From an uncultured virus (IMG/VR IMGVR_UViG_3300029305_006210) (lineage: Duplodnaviria; Heunggongvirae; Uroviricota; Caudoviricetes), in the IMG/VR virus record IMGVR_UViG_3300029305_006210, positions 1-64,000 of that record: a DNA stretch of 64,000 bases, one strand, 5' to 3'. This document shows positions 1 through 10,007 of this stretch, in pieces (the stretch's first letter is position 1; each line of letters starts with the position of its first letter). Under the pieces are notes generated by a model, which saw nothing but the letters and a program-made list of their open reading frames with translations, did not search any database and had not been told where the DNA came from. Both the position numbers and the translations under genes were made by a program.

Positions 1-2
1 AA

Positions 3-125
3 GGCACAGTTAAGGTTATAAAGAAATTCCTGAAGAAAAAAGGATATTATAGTGGATCTATTGATGGTATTTGCGGATCAGGTACTGTTAAGGGTTGGCA
101 AAAATATGTTAATAGCAAGCTTTAA
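3..125 (+). CDS. C-terminal end of a peptidoglycan-binding-domain protein, probably endolysin (partial)
   Basis: Own translation GTVKVIKKFLKKKGYYSGSIDGICGSGTVKGWQKYVNSKL*, matching the PG_binding_1 pattern (GYY.G.IDG..G..T....Q). Confidence 0.7.
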   Translation, partial: GTVKVIKKFLKKKGYYSGSIDGICGSGTVKGWQKYVNSKL

Positions 126-127
126 TC

Positions 128-156
128 TTGCCTAATTTTGTCAAATATGCTATAAT
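128..156 (+). promoter_or_regulatory. sigmaA-type promoter
   Basis: TTGCCT-17 bp-TATAAT. Confidence 0.55.
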
Positions 157-201
157 ACATAGGCAAAGTAGTATCGGTTCGTGCCGGTGTTTTCAATGTA
201 T

Positions 202-233
202 TAACCCGTCTTCTATGACGGGTTGAATTTTTT
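202..233 (+). terminator. intrinsic terminator
   Basis: AACCCGTC-ttctat-GACGGGTT, followed after 3 nt by a T-run. Confidence 0.55.
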
Positions 234-245
234 ATTATAAAATAT

Positions 246-276
246 AAAGCCCGCCTTTTATTGAGACGGGCTTTTA
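246..276 (-). terminator. terminator for the minus-strand ORF 277-543
   Basis: AAAGCCCG...CGGGCTTT inverted repeat directly after the stop codon. Confidence 0.55.
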
Positions 277-543
277 TTAATTATGCAAAGAATTCATATA
301 GATGCAAAATAATGTTGTTGAACTTATGTTGTGTTTCGACACAATCATTGCAATATCGTCAACGAGTAGTTTAAATACTTGATCAATAGATATATTGTAT
401 TTCTTTAGTAGTATATCTAATTCTTCTATAATCATTTTGATACTTATGTCTGAAAGCTCTTTAAACTCTTTATTTATTTGAGTATCACTTGTTTCGGTAT
501 TAGTTATTATTCTGGCTAAAATACATTGTATTGAATCAAACAT
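277..543 (-). CDS. hypothetical protein (moron-like)
   Basis: 88 aa ORF with AAGGTG upstream, followed by a terminator. Confidence 0.45.
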   Translation of the reverse strand: MFDSIQCILARIITNTETSDTQINKEFKELSDISIKMIIEELDILLKKYNISIDQVFKLLVDDIAMIVSKHNISSTTLFCIYMNSLHN

Positions 544-597
544 AGTTACACCTTATTTATTTCAATAAGCATCAATATTAAAAATAACACACCTACC

Positions 598-1095
598 CTA
601 CTTCTTCTCCCTAATGTTCTTGTCGATAGCAGATGCTGCACCGATAACAGCGCCAGTTGGACCAGCAATGATACCACCTGCAACTGCACGGCCTACTACG
701 GATGCAGATTTAGGTTTGCTGTCACGGAGATCAAGACCTGGGCCTGTATAACCACCTCTTTCAAAAAAATCATGCATCTTTTGTTTATATTTTTCAAATA
801 ATTTTTTGTCGAGTTTATCATTTTCTGGGATATCAACATAAGTTTCCCAAAAGAATTGATATATCGTTGGAGTAAAATCAAATAAAGTAACTGGTTCTCC
901 TTCTTTTTGAGGCCATTCATTTATTTTATGATTTGTATTTATCATTTGTGCGTTTTTATATTTTTTAGTAAAAGGGATACATTTAGGATCGCACTCGAGA
1001 CAATGCTTAGTATCTGAAGAATTACTATAATACGTTTTTAAATTTCCACATTGTGGACAGTAGCATATTTTATACATAATATCACCTCCATACAT
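598..1095 (-). CDS. Zn-ribbon protein with C-terminal glycine-zipper/membrane segment (moron-like)
   Basis: CPQC and CLEC motifs; VVGRAVAGGIIAGPTGAVIGAA; real start probably the second Met after GGAGGTG. Confidence 0.6.
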   Translation of the reverse strand: MYGGDIMYKICYCPQCGNLKTYYSNSSDTKHCLECDPKCIPFTKKYKNAQMINTNHKINEWPQKEGEPVTLFDFTPTIYQFFWETYVDIPENDKLDKKLFEKYKQKMHDFFERGGYTGPGLDLRDSKPKSASVVGRAVAGGIIAGPTGAVIGAASAIDKNIREKK

Positions 1096-1178
1096 CCATA
1101 TTTTACCAAAATAATGTAAGATTAAATAAAACTACTTAGGGTTTAAAATACCCTTAATAGTTACAAAACAACTAAATT

Positions 1179-4100
1179 ATGGTCAGTAATAATTGGCTGA
1201 TTACCAATTATGAAAGTAACAGAATGATATTTAAATCCATTGAAAGAATGGATGCGGATGGTAATATTACTAATGCTGTTTCATGGGGTATTGGTGGATT
1301 TGGACAAGCTAAAAAAGACAAACAAGAATTTCAAGATGCGTTAAACGAACAAGCTCATAAACGAGATAAGCAAGCTATTGCAGACTTTAATCATATGGTT
1401 AAAGTGCAAAACAAGAGTGTTAGTGAAGCTATTGCAAATTTAGGTGGGGCATCTGAAGCTGTAAAGCAATACTGTCAAGATGCTGGTGCAGCAGGTGCTG
1501 ATGTTGATAAGTTCACTGAAAAACAAAAAGCTCAGCAAGAAGCTCTTGAAAAATCCAAGAAAGGCTTCAAAGGACTATCTGCTGCAACTAAAGCTATGGG
1601 CGCTAATATCCTGCTTGATCTTGGTGTTGCTGCTGCCATTGCTGCTATCTCTGCTGGCTGGAACAAACTCAATAACGAATTTAAAATCACACCTGCCAAA
1701 AAGATCGAAGCCATGGAAACTACAGTCAACGACTACAATGCTGCCATGGAAGAAAGTCAGAACGGCATTAAAACTATTCAGTCTCTTGAATCTGAATTTA
1801 CTAGACTTTCTCAGGGTGTTGATGATAGCGGTCGTAATATCAGTCTAAGTGCTGAGGAATATGAACGATATAACGAGATAGTTAAAGAGTTGGTGGGTAT
1901 AAGTCCTGAGTTAGTTCAGGGTTATACTGCTGAAGGAAATGCGATTGTAGATCGTAATACTGCTATCAAGGATGGGATTCAAGCTCAGAAGGATTATGCG
2001 GATGCGGCTAAAAATGCTTATACTGCTTCTATTAATGATATTGTCAAAGGTTCTAAAGAAAACATGAAGACTTCCACATCAGAAATGCGTGGTAGTCTTA
2101 GCGATTTTAGAGGATTAGATAGTATTACTTCTGATGTTGGATATAGTTCGAGATTAATAAATAAAGCATTAGGATATCAAGCAGATTTAACGACTGCTTC
2201 TGCTGAAACTCTAAATGATATTTATACTCATCGTGCTGAAATTATAAAATTAGCTAAAGAAGATGGCGTTGAAGAAGATAAAATTGCTGAAATGGAGGCT
2301 TATCTTAGTCAAATCGGTTCTGCATATTCTGAATTCGAATCATCTATCCAGCCAATTTTAGATGTACTTAATGCATCTATTGCTGAAAATGCAAAAGTTC
2401 TTCCTGAATCTATGAGGGATAATTTACAAGCTGGGCTTAAAGAAATTGCAACTTTAGATATAGATGGCACAGAAATGAAAGCTAAAGCAATTCAACTCGT
2501 TGATACATTAGATACAATTTATAAATCTAATGAAGGTGGATATGCTGACGCTTTAAAAGAAGCCAAAGAGGCTCAAGAAGACTTTATGGATTCTGATAGG
2601 TCTAAAGATGATGTTATTGAATACGATAAAGTTGTTCAGGATCATATAGACACCATAACCGACTTAGCTAAAGAATACCAAAAAGCTGGTGACGATATTA
2701 CCGCTGCGGCATTGTTTGAAGAAGCTTCTAAAATGGCGGACTTTGCAACAGAGAATGTTCTTACTCTTGCTGAAGCATTTAATCCTTTAGCATCTGCGAT
2801 GGAAGAGGCTCAAGGTGCAAAAGAGAAATTTGATAATGCTATGTCAGCTAATCCTGATTATGATACAGCTATCAATAGTTTTGGCGAAATTTTTGATGAA
2901 ATTCTAGATGGCGATGATAATAAAGGTAATGGAAGTAAGGCATTTTGGCAAGGCGCAGAACAAATTCTCGGTTCAAAAACAATTCGTGAACTTGGCGGCG
3001 ATTTCGATAAGGTTAATGCTCGCTTAAAAGAACTTAAATCTGGTGCAAAAGATAGTGCTTCTGCAACTGGTAAGTTCTTTAATATGCTTTTAAATAATGC
3101 AGATGAAATTGCAGAATTAGATTTAGGTAAAGTTTGGCAAACATCAAATGGTGAAATTAAGTTTGATATTGATTCAAGCAATTGGGCTGAAGTTGCTGAT
3201 ATATTAGGCGTATCATATGAGTATTTAATTGCTATGCTTGATATGTCTAGAAAATGGGCAGAAATTGATTTATCTGATGATAATGCTGTAAAAACAGCCA
3301 TTAGCGAAATGGAAACAACCCATAAAACTGCTGATGGAGAAATGTATCAGCTTTATAGCAATATTCAATCTGAGGCTGTTGCCGCTGGATTAAGTATAGA
3401 AGAACTTGATGGGAAAATTAAGGATCTTACTTCAGAAGGTGTCCATGTAATCGATTTAGAGGTTGATGCTCCTGAAGATATTGCTGGCGCTCTTAGTGGA
3501 ATGAGCAGTCAGCTCGCAACAGAGAAAGACGGAAAATATAAAATTAATATTGAGAAAACCGTTGCTCAGTTGTTGGATATGGGAGCTAGTGAAGCTCAAA
3601 TTGAAAAAACCATAAGTAAATGGGAAAAAGACGAAGATAAAAAATTTGAGTTACAAACAAAGAAACCTGATGATACTGAGTGGTCTGAATGGATTGGCAA
3701 TATTAAAACAGAATGGCAAGCCGGTCTAGAAGATACTGATGATCCTTTCACAAAACTTTCAGACTCTGCAGATAAATTTGCTTCTTCAATTGAAAGATTA
3801 ATAGCAGCATTAGGTTTTATGCCTGATATTGATATAGAAAGTAATCTTGACGATGTAAAAGAAGATATTGAAGATTTTGCTTTTAATTATGGCAATTTAT
3901 CTGAGCTTGAAAAAGAAAAAGCTGTTGAAGGAATTAGCAATGAAATTGAAGAAGCCAAAGAACAACTTGATACTCTTAAAGCTTTAAGAGATGATCCTAA
4001 TAATAAACTTACAAAAGATCAAAAAAATCAACTTGAATTAGATATAACTAATGCTGAAAAGAATATTAAATTATATTCAAAGCTATTAGAAGATGTCAAA

Positions 4101-7100
4101 GACGATGGCGTTATTAATAATAGTATTAATTGCACAGTTAAAGGATATGATGAACTTTTAACTGCGAATGAAGCTATAGAGGAAAATTCCGAAGAACCTG
4201 TTGAAAAAACGGTTGAATATACTGCAGTTTTACAAGAAGAATATGATAAAATTGAAAACTGGGGATTAAGTGAATATGCTGAAGAAATAAAGAATGGTAC
4301 TATTCAATCTGTTTTCGGAAATGTTGATATGGATAAGCGACCTATTATTGAATGGTCGGATAAATTAAAGAAAACATATCAAGATGAACTTGCAAGTTGG
4401 GTTGATAGTGACGGCAATGTATATGATCCTATAGTTGGACAAATTGATACTGTTTTGGGCGGTTCAGGTGGATTTAATATAGGTGACGAAGTTGTAGAAA
4501 TTGCTTACACTCCTATTATGGAGGTTGATGGCGAAGCAAAATATCTTGGTAAAAATACTTTGGATAATTACATACAAAGTATTATAGATGAGGCTAACAA
4601 AGATGGGCAATGGTCACTTGATGAAATTTTAAAACTCGATGCTAAGGGTTTAAAAGTTGATAAAATTAATAGTGCTGGTGAGGTTGTAGGTAAAGAGTTT
4701 GTTAAAGGCGTAATTGCCGCTGTTGGTGATGAAGGCGCAATTTCTGCACGAGACGTTGGCGAATTAATGCATTTTGCTGGTGATTATGGTGCTATTGGAT
4801 TAGCTTCAAATGTTGAAAATCTTTCCAAAGAAATTGAAGTAGTATATGATGATTCAAAATCATTAGACGATGTTGTTAATAATATACGTTTAATCGAAAA
4901 TGAACAAATACAAAAAGAAGTTCTTTTAAAAACTGTAACTGATGGCACATATAATGAAATCTTTAAAGGTTTATCTTATAATGATCAGAACATTGTCTTA
5001 AATGCAATTGTACAAGGCGATGGCAATTTTAATCAGCTTAGAAGAATTATCGAGAGAATCGATAATGAAGATATTAGAGCTCAAATTGTTGCAGAATTAA
5101 CTAATGCTGGAGCATTTAATGAATTTTTAAATAATATTAATCTTCTTACCAATGAAGAGAAAAAAGTTGTAGTTGATGCTCTTGTCAAAGGAAAAGGCGA
5201 CGCTGAAGAATTAAATGAAATATTATCTAACTTATCAGAAAGAGATAGAATCAAACTTACTGATTTAATAGAATCTACTGGTATAAAACTTACAGCTGAT
5301 ACTTCAGGTGTTGAAGAAGGCGTAGATATAGTCGAACAAAAAATAGGTCTTCTCCCTCCTTCTCATAATACTGTATTTGACGCTGATCCTTCTAAGGCAT
5401 TATTCGCTTCTAATCAAGTTAATTTAGCAATTAATGATATTGACAAAGATCCATTTATAACTATTGGTGGAGGACTTTCGCCTAATCTTCAAAGTGCGTT
5501 AAATCGTATGAAGTCTTTGTTAAGCCAATCGAAAGCTGCTGGTTGGGTTCCTGCTGCAGAAGGCACATCTAATCGCCGTGTCTACCCTTCTATGGCTAGT
5601 GGTGGTAAAGTTGGACCAAATGGAAATGGTGGATTAACTCTTACCGGCGAATTAGGAACTGAACTTGTATGGCTTCCGGATCAAAATGAATCATTCTTAG
5701 TTGGTCAGTTTGGTCCTGAAATGGTTAATCTCCCTGCCAACGCCGTTGTTTGGCCTGCTGATGAAACTCGTCGTATTATTGGAGATACTATTCCGCATAG
5801 TCGCATGAGATTTGGCTCTTCTGCTGAAGGGCATATGACATTCGGTTCTATGTCTACCGGTGGCTTTAACTCTTCTAGTTACGGTGGATCCAGTTCAAAA
5901 TCTTCTTCAAAGAGTAAATCTTCCTCTTCTTCTTCCGACTCAGCTTATGAGAAAGCTAAAAAAGAGCTGGAACATCAGCTTGAAATGGGCTATATCACAG
6001 AAAGTGAATATTATACTAAACTCAAGAAGCTCTATGATAAATATAAGAAAGATCTTAAGAAGAATGTTGATGATCAGCGTGCAGCTCTTGAAGATTTACG
6101 TAGTGCTTGGATTGATGCTTATGAGGCTGCTGTTGATTCTTTAGATCATCAGCTTGAAATGGGTAAAATTTCAGAAGCTGACTATCTGAAACAGCTTAAA
6201 GCTCTTGGTGATAAATACTTTAAAAATCGTAAAGGTTATGATAAGGAGTGGAAAGATCACCTCGAAGATCGCAAAGATGCTGCTAATGATGCTTATGATG
6301 CTGAAGTTGAAGCGCTCGAAGATTCACTTGATCGTGGTTTAATTAGTATCCAGAATTACTATGCTGCCGTTACTAAGTTGCAGAATAAATATCTGACTGG
6401 TAAGGAAATGGTCGATGATCTCAAAGATGCCCAAGATGACATGTATGATAATCTCATGGATGGTCTTGATAAGATTTGGGAAGATGCTGAACAGCAGATA
6501 GAAGATAATGATTTATTTGGCACTTGGGTTGAAGGCGGCCCTACTGCCATCGAAATCATGGAAGATGCATTTGACGAAATTGAAAAATTAAGTCATGATT
6601 ATTTTGCAACAGAAACTGAACGTCTTGAATATCTTAAGGATAAAGAGCGCGAACTTGCAGAGGCTCGTAAGGATTATTATGAGGAGCGACAAGACCAATT
6701 AGATACGATTCTTGATTTAATTGAAGATATGCTTCGTCAAGAAGCTGAAGATTATATCGATTCTTTAGAAAAGCAAAAGGATGCGTATCAGGATATTATA
6801 GATGCCAAAAAGAAGTCCTTACAGCTTACTGAACGTGAACTGGATTATCAGGATGAAATGAATGATTCTGCGCAAGAAATCAGTAAGCTTCAAGCTCGAA
6901 TTGCAGTTCTCAGTCGTGATGATAGTAGAGCTGCAGCTGCAGAACGAGCAGAATTAGAAGCTCAGCTTGCAGAGGCTTTAAAAGATCAGAATCGAGCACA
7001 GCGCGACGAAACTTTGAATAGAACTGAAGATAGTCTTGATAAACAAGCTGAATTATTTACATCACTTATTGATAAGCAGATTGAAGTTGTTCAAAATTGG

Positions 7101-7790
7101 TTAGATAATAAATCAGCTGTTCTTGAAGTAGTTATGGATACTGTTGAACAACGCGAGACTAACAATCTTCTGAATCGCCTTATTGCTTATAATGGTGAAC
7201 ATGGCGACGCAATGATGTCTACTATTGAAACCGCAATGAAAGATCTTGATGGTTTAATTGCGGAATATGGTAATGATGTTGAAAGTATCGTTGAGATTCT
7301 TCAGAAAGGTATTAATGTTCATGTTACTGGTGGTATTATCGGTGTAGATCAAACTGATTATGCTGAAACTCAGACGGAAACTAAAAATAAACCGATAACG
7401 CATCATGATGGCCTTGCAACTGGATTTACTGGTAATGGCGCAGATCAGAAACAGCATGAAGTATATCGTTTACTTACTGATGATGAATTAGTATTTAATC
7501 GTGAAGATCAGTTGCGTATTGCAAGCCAGCTTCAGGTTCTTGATACTGTGAAAAAATCATTTTCTAATTTAGCTAAAGGCACTATTGCGCAGCCGTCGCA
7601 AACTAACCAGACTATTGAGTTAGTTATTAATGCCCCTATTACAATCCAAGGTAATGCAACTACCGATGTGGTAGAAAAGATCGAAAAGGCTATAGATAGC
7701 AGCGCAGACAAAGCATTATCTAAACTTAACGAAGCGCTTAGGATTAATGGTGTTCATAGTAGAGCATCATCAAATTTACGAAAAAATTAA
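1179..7790 (+). CDS. tail tape measure protein
   Basis: 2203 aa, helical and Ala/Glu-rich, TMP-like C-terminal motifs (GELGTELV, HHDG), upstream of Dit/Tal genes; start codon uncertain. Confidence 0.85.
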   Translation: MVSNNWLITNYESNRMIFKSIERMDADGNITNAVSWGIGGFGQAKKDKQEFQDALNEQAHKRDKQAIADFNHMVKVQNKSVSEAIANLGGASEAVKQYCQDAGAAGADVDKFTEKQKAQQEALEKSKKGFKGLSAATKAMGANILLDLGVAAAIAAISAGWNKLNNEFKITPAKKIEAMETTVNDYNAAMEESQNGIKTIQSLESEFTRLSQGVDDSGRNISLSAEEYERYNEIVKELVGISPELVQGYTAEGNAIVDRNTAIKDGIQAQKDYADAAKNAYTASINDIVKGSKENMKTSTSEMRGSLSDFRGLDSITSDVGYSSRLINKALGYQADLTTASAETLNDIYTHRAEIIKLAKEDGVEEDKIAEMEAYLSQIGSAYSEFESSIQPILDVLNASIAENAKVLPESMRDNLQAGLKEIATLDIDGTEMKAKAIQLVDTLDTIYKSNEGGYADALKEAKEAQEDFMDSDRSKDDVIEYDKVVQDHIDTITDLAKEYQKAGDDITAAALFEEASKMADFATENVLTLAEAFNPLASAMEEAQGAKEKFDNAMSANPDYDTAINSFGEIFDEILDGDDNKGNGSKAFWQGAEQILGSKTIRELGGDFDKVNARLKELKSGAKDSASATGKFFNMLLNNADEIAELDLGKVWQTSNGEIKFDIDSSNWAEVADILGVSYEYLIAMLDMSRKWAEIDLSDDNAVKTAISEMETTHKTADGEMYQLYSNIQSEAVAAGLSIEELDGKIKDLTSEGVHVIDLEVDAPEDIAGALSGMSSQLATEKDGKYKINIEKTVAQLLDMGASEAQIEKTISKWEKDEDKKFELQTKKPDDTEWSEWIGNIKTEWQAGLEDTDDPFTKLSDSADKFASSIERLIAALGFMPDIDIESNLDDVKEDIEDFAFNYGNLSELEKEKAVEGISNEIEEAKEQLDTLKALRDDPNNKLTKDQKNQLELDITNAEKNIKLYSKLLEDVKDDGVINNSINCTVKGYDELLTANEAIEENSEEPVEKTVEYTAVLQEEYDKIENWGLSEYAEEIKNGTIQSVFGNVDMDKRPIIEWSDKLKKTYQDELASWVDSDGNVYDPIVGQIDTVLGGSGGFNIGDEVVEIAYTPIMEVDGEAKYLGKNTLDNYIQSIIDEANKDGQWSLDEILKLDAKGLKVDKINSAGEVVGKEFVKGVIAAVGDEGAISARDVGELMHFAGDYGAIGLASNVENLSKEIEVVYDDSKSLDDVVNNIRLIENEQIQKEVLLKTVTDGTYNEIFKGLSYNDQNIVLNAIVQGDGNFNQLRRIIERIDNEDIRAQIVAELTNAGAFNEFLNNINLLTNEEKKVVVDALVKGKGDAEELNEILSNLSERDRIKLTDLIESTGIKLTADTSGVEEGVDIVEQKIGLLPPSHNTVFDADPSKALFASNQVNLAINDIDKDPFITIGGGLSPNLQSALNRMKSLLSQSKAAGWVPAAEGTSNRRVYPSMASGGKVGPNGNGGLTLTGELGTELVWLPDQNESFLVGQFGPEMVNLPANAVVWPADETRRIIGDTIPHSRMRFGSSAEGHMTFGSMSTGGFNSSSYGGSSSKSSSKSKSSSSSSDSAYEKAKKELEHQLEMGYITESEYYTKLKKLYDKYKKDLKKNVDDQRAALEDLRSAWIDAYEAAVDSLDHQLEMGKISEADYLKQLKALGDKYFKNRKGYDKEWKDHLEDRKDAANDAYDAEVEALEDSLDRGLISIQNYYAAVTKLQNKYLTGKEMVDDLKDAQDDMYDNLMDGLDKIWEDAEQQIEDNDLFGTWVEGGPTAIEIMEDAFDEIEKLSHDYFATETERLEYLKDKERELAEARKDYYEERQDQLDTILDLIEDMLRQEAEDYIDSLEKQKDAYQDIIDAKKKSLQLTERELDYQDEMNDSAQEISKLQARIAVLSRDDSRAAAAERAELEAQLAEALKDQNRAQRDETLNRTEDSLDKQAELFTSLIDKQIEVVQNWLDNKSAVLEVVMDTVEQRETNNLLNRLIAYNGEHGDAMMSTIETAMKDLDGLIAEYGNDVESIVEILQKGINVHVTGGIIGVDQTDYAETQTETKNKPITHHDGLATGFTGNGADQKQHEVYRLLTDDELVFNREDQLRIASQLQVLDTVKKSFSNLAKGTIAQPSQTNQTIELVINAPITIQGNATTDVVEKIEKAIDSSADKALSKLNEALRINGVHSRASSNLRKN

Positions 7791-7799
7791 TTATTTCTT

Positions 7800-7830
7800 G
7801 TGGACGTCTTATATGGGCGTCCACTTTTAT
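7800..7830 (+). terminator. hairpin/terminator after tape measure
   Basis: GTGGACGTC-ttatatg-GGCGTCCAC followed by TTTTATT. Confidence 0.5.
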
Positions 7831-7859
7831 TTATATTAAAAGGAGGAAGCTATTTAGAT

Positions 7860-10004
7860 ATGTATAAATCAACTGGATTTATCTTTGATGGTGTATCGAG
7901 TGAAACGTATGGCCTTATGATCTATTTTCTAGATGACCAAACTGAACGTGAAATTTCTCTTGGTACAGATGTTGAAGTAATTGAAGATAGGCTGCCGAAG
8001 CGAATTAATCCTATTCATTATGGTGTGGATATAAATAAATCAATGAGCTTCCCTCTCACTTTTGGCAGCACTGAATATTTAGAAGACTATGATGTAGATG
8101 CCATACTTTCATGGCTGACCGGACATCAACAATATAAATGGTTAGAATTTCTTGATGGTGATCATTATGTTAGATATAAATGTCATTTGAATAATATGAC
8201 ATCTATATACATTAATGGTCTTCCTGTTGCATTCTCATGCGATGTAGAATGCGATGGACAGTTCGCTTATGAATATCCGCGTGAATACTCGTATGATATT
8301 AGTGAAACAGAAACTTATATTGAATTTTTTAATAAAAGTTCATACAATGGATATCTTTATCCACAATTAAAGTTAGAGTTTGCAGATGATTGCAGCTCTT
8401 TTTCTATTATTAATGAAAGTGATAACAATCGTGAATTTAAAATTGATTGTTTTGATAGAGTCGTAACAAATACTTCGGCTAATGAATATAGATATGAAAG
8501 TACTATTGCAGAGGAAGCGTTAGATGTGGATGTCAATACTGAATTAATTTCATGGCAAGTAAAAGAAATAACAGCTACTGATATTTATTCTGAAATTATT
8601 AAAGGTGAAATTGATGAAGTTGAAATTTGGATAGCTTTACCACAAAACAGTAACAAAGCTTTATATTCTGAAGATAAAGGTGAATCATGGCATGAAGCCT
8701 CCCCTGCCCTACCTCATGTTGGAAATTGGACAGGATGTTTTGGTGAAAGTGGTTTTGTAGCAATTTGCACTGATAACGATCAGGCTATTGCAACTTATTC
8801 CCAAACAGGAAAAGGTTGGACATCTACAATAATTGAACTTCCAATATCTCAAAAATGGCAAAAGGTAGTTTTTGTAGAAACTGATGGTTTTATGCAGAAT
8901 CAATATATTGCTATGGGTGGCTCAGATTCGTCCATTATTGCTACATCTGCTACGGGTTGGGCTTGGCAAATAATTTCCCTTCCAGTTGCTCAAGAATGGC
9001 GATCTGCTGTTGCAGGAAATAATAAAATATTATTAGTTGGTGGCAACTCAAATATTGCTGTCATGTCTACCGATTGTATACATTGGGAAGAAATAACTTT
9101 GCCTAAAAATGCAGCTTGGAGCGCTGGTGCATATGGCCCAAATGGCTTTGTAATAGTAGCCGATACTTTATATGGTAGTGGTAGTAAAGAACCGATTGCT
9201 CTCAGATCTATTGATGGCTATTTCTGGGATGTTATAGATTTTCCAATTGGCAGTTGGTCTGATATGACTTTTGGCAATAGTATGTATATGGCTGTTGGTG
9301 AAAGGCAATTTATTTATTCTTTTGATGGGGAAATTTGGACTAGTAATACCCTTCCTGCAAATTCAAATCACATAATTTTTCAAGGCGATTATTTTATATG
9401 CCCTATTGCATTAAATAAATATTTAATATCTGATTCTGCAGCGACTATAGCTGGAGAATTTGAAATCATAGTGCCAGCTGATTCTGCTTTTACAGTTAGT
9501 GATGTATATGTATCCGCTGTTATTGGAAATACCATTTCTGATACATCTTATATTTCTAATGGCACTAAACTTTTAGCTACAAATACAGATAGTGGTGAAA
9601 TAACAGGTGGTGAATTTGTAGCGATTACTACAGATTTAAGATATGGGCAAGATATATCAGGTATTATGATGTCTGCAACTTTTGACAAAGATACTAAAAC
9701 AGTAACAGTTAAATATACTGCAGATTCAAATCATACTTCCGCTATAAATGCCCCATTATCTGTTATTGTTGAATATAAAACTTCTTCAACAACAGATCTT
9801 GGATATGATGGCTTAGTAGTTAATTTTGATAATTCAAATCAAATAATTACAACAAATAAAGAAACTCTTAATATGTACGAGTACTTTAATAAACGGTTTT
9901 TAAGACTTGTTAAAGGTCTTAATAAATTAAAAATTAAAACAGACGGTGGTAATTGTAAAGCAATTATCATTTGTGAATTTCTAAGAAAGGTTGGTGGACG
10001 ATAA
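7860..10004 (+). CDS. distal tail protein (Dit) with inserted beta-propeller-like domain
   Basis: N-terminal FIFDGVSSETYGL and C-terminal FLRLVKGLNKLKI Dit-like motifs flank Trp-containing S.DG..W repeats; GGAGG upstream of ATG at 7860. Confidence 0.75.
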   Translation: MYKSTGFIFDGVSSETYGLMIYFLDDQTEREISLGTDVEVIEDRLPKRINPIHYGVDINKSMSFPLTFGSTEYLEDYDVDAILSWLTGHQQYKWLEFLDGDHYVRYKCHLNNMTSIYINGLPVAFSCDVECDGQFAYEYPREYSYDISETETYIEFFNKSSYNGYLYPQLKLEFADDCSSFSIINESDNNREFKIDCFDRVVTNTSANEYRYESTIAEEALDVDVNTELISWQVKEITATDIYSEIIKGEIDEVEIWIALPQNSNKALYSEDKGESWHEASPALPHVGNWTGCFGESGFVAICTDNDQAIATYSQTGKGWTSTIIELPISQKWQKVVFVETDGFMQNQYIAMGGSDSSIIATSATGWAWQIISLPVAQEWRSAVAGNNKILLVGGNSNIAVMSTDCIHWEEITLPKNAAWSAGAYGPNGFVIVADTLYGSGSKEPIALRSIDGYFWDVIDFPIGSWSDMTFGNSMYMAVGERQFIYSFDGEIWTSNTLPANSNHIIFQGDYFICPIALNKYLISDSAATIAGEFEIIVPADSAFTVSDVYVSAVIGNTISDTSYISNGTKLLATNTDSGEITGGEFVAITTDLRYGQDISGIMMSATFDKDTKTVTVKYTADSNHTSAINAPLSVIVEYKTSSTTDLGYDGLVVNFDNSNQIITTNKETLNMYEYFNKRFLRLVKGLNKLKIKTDGGNCKAIIICEFLRKVGGR

Positions 10005-10007
10005 TAT

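Noticed and set aside
5866..5945. Ser/Lys-rich repeat in the tape measure
   Set aside because: Ordinary low-complexity linker seen in many TMPs
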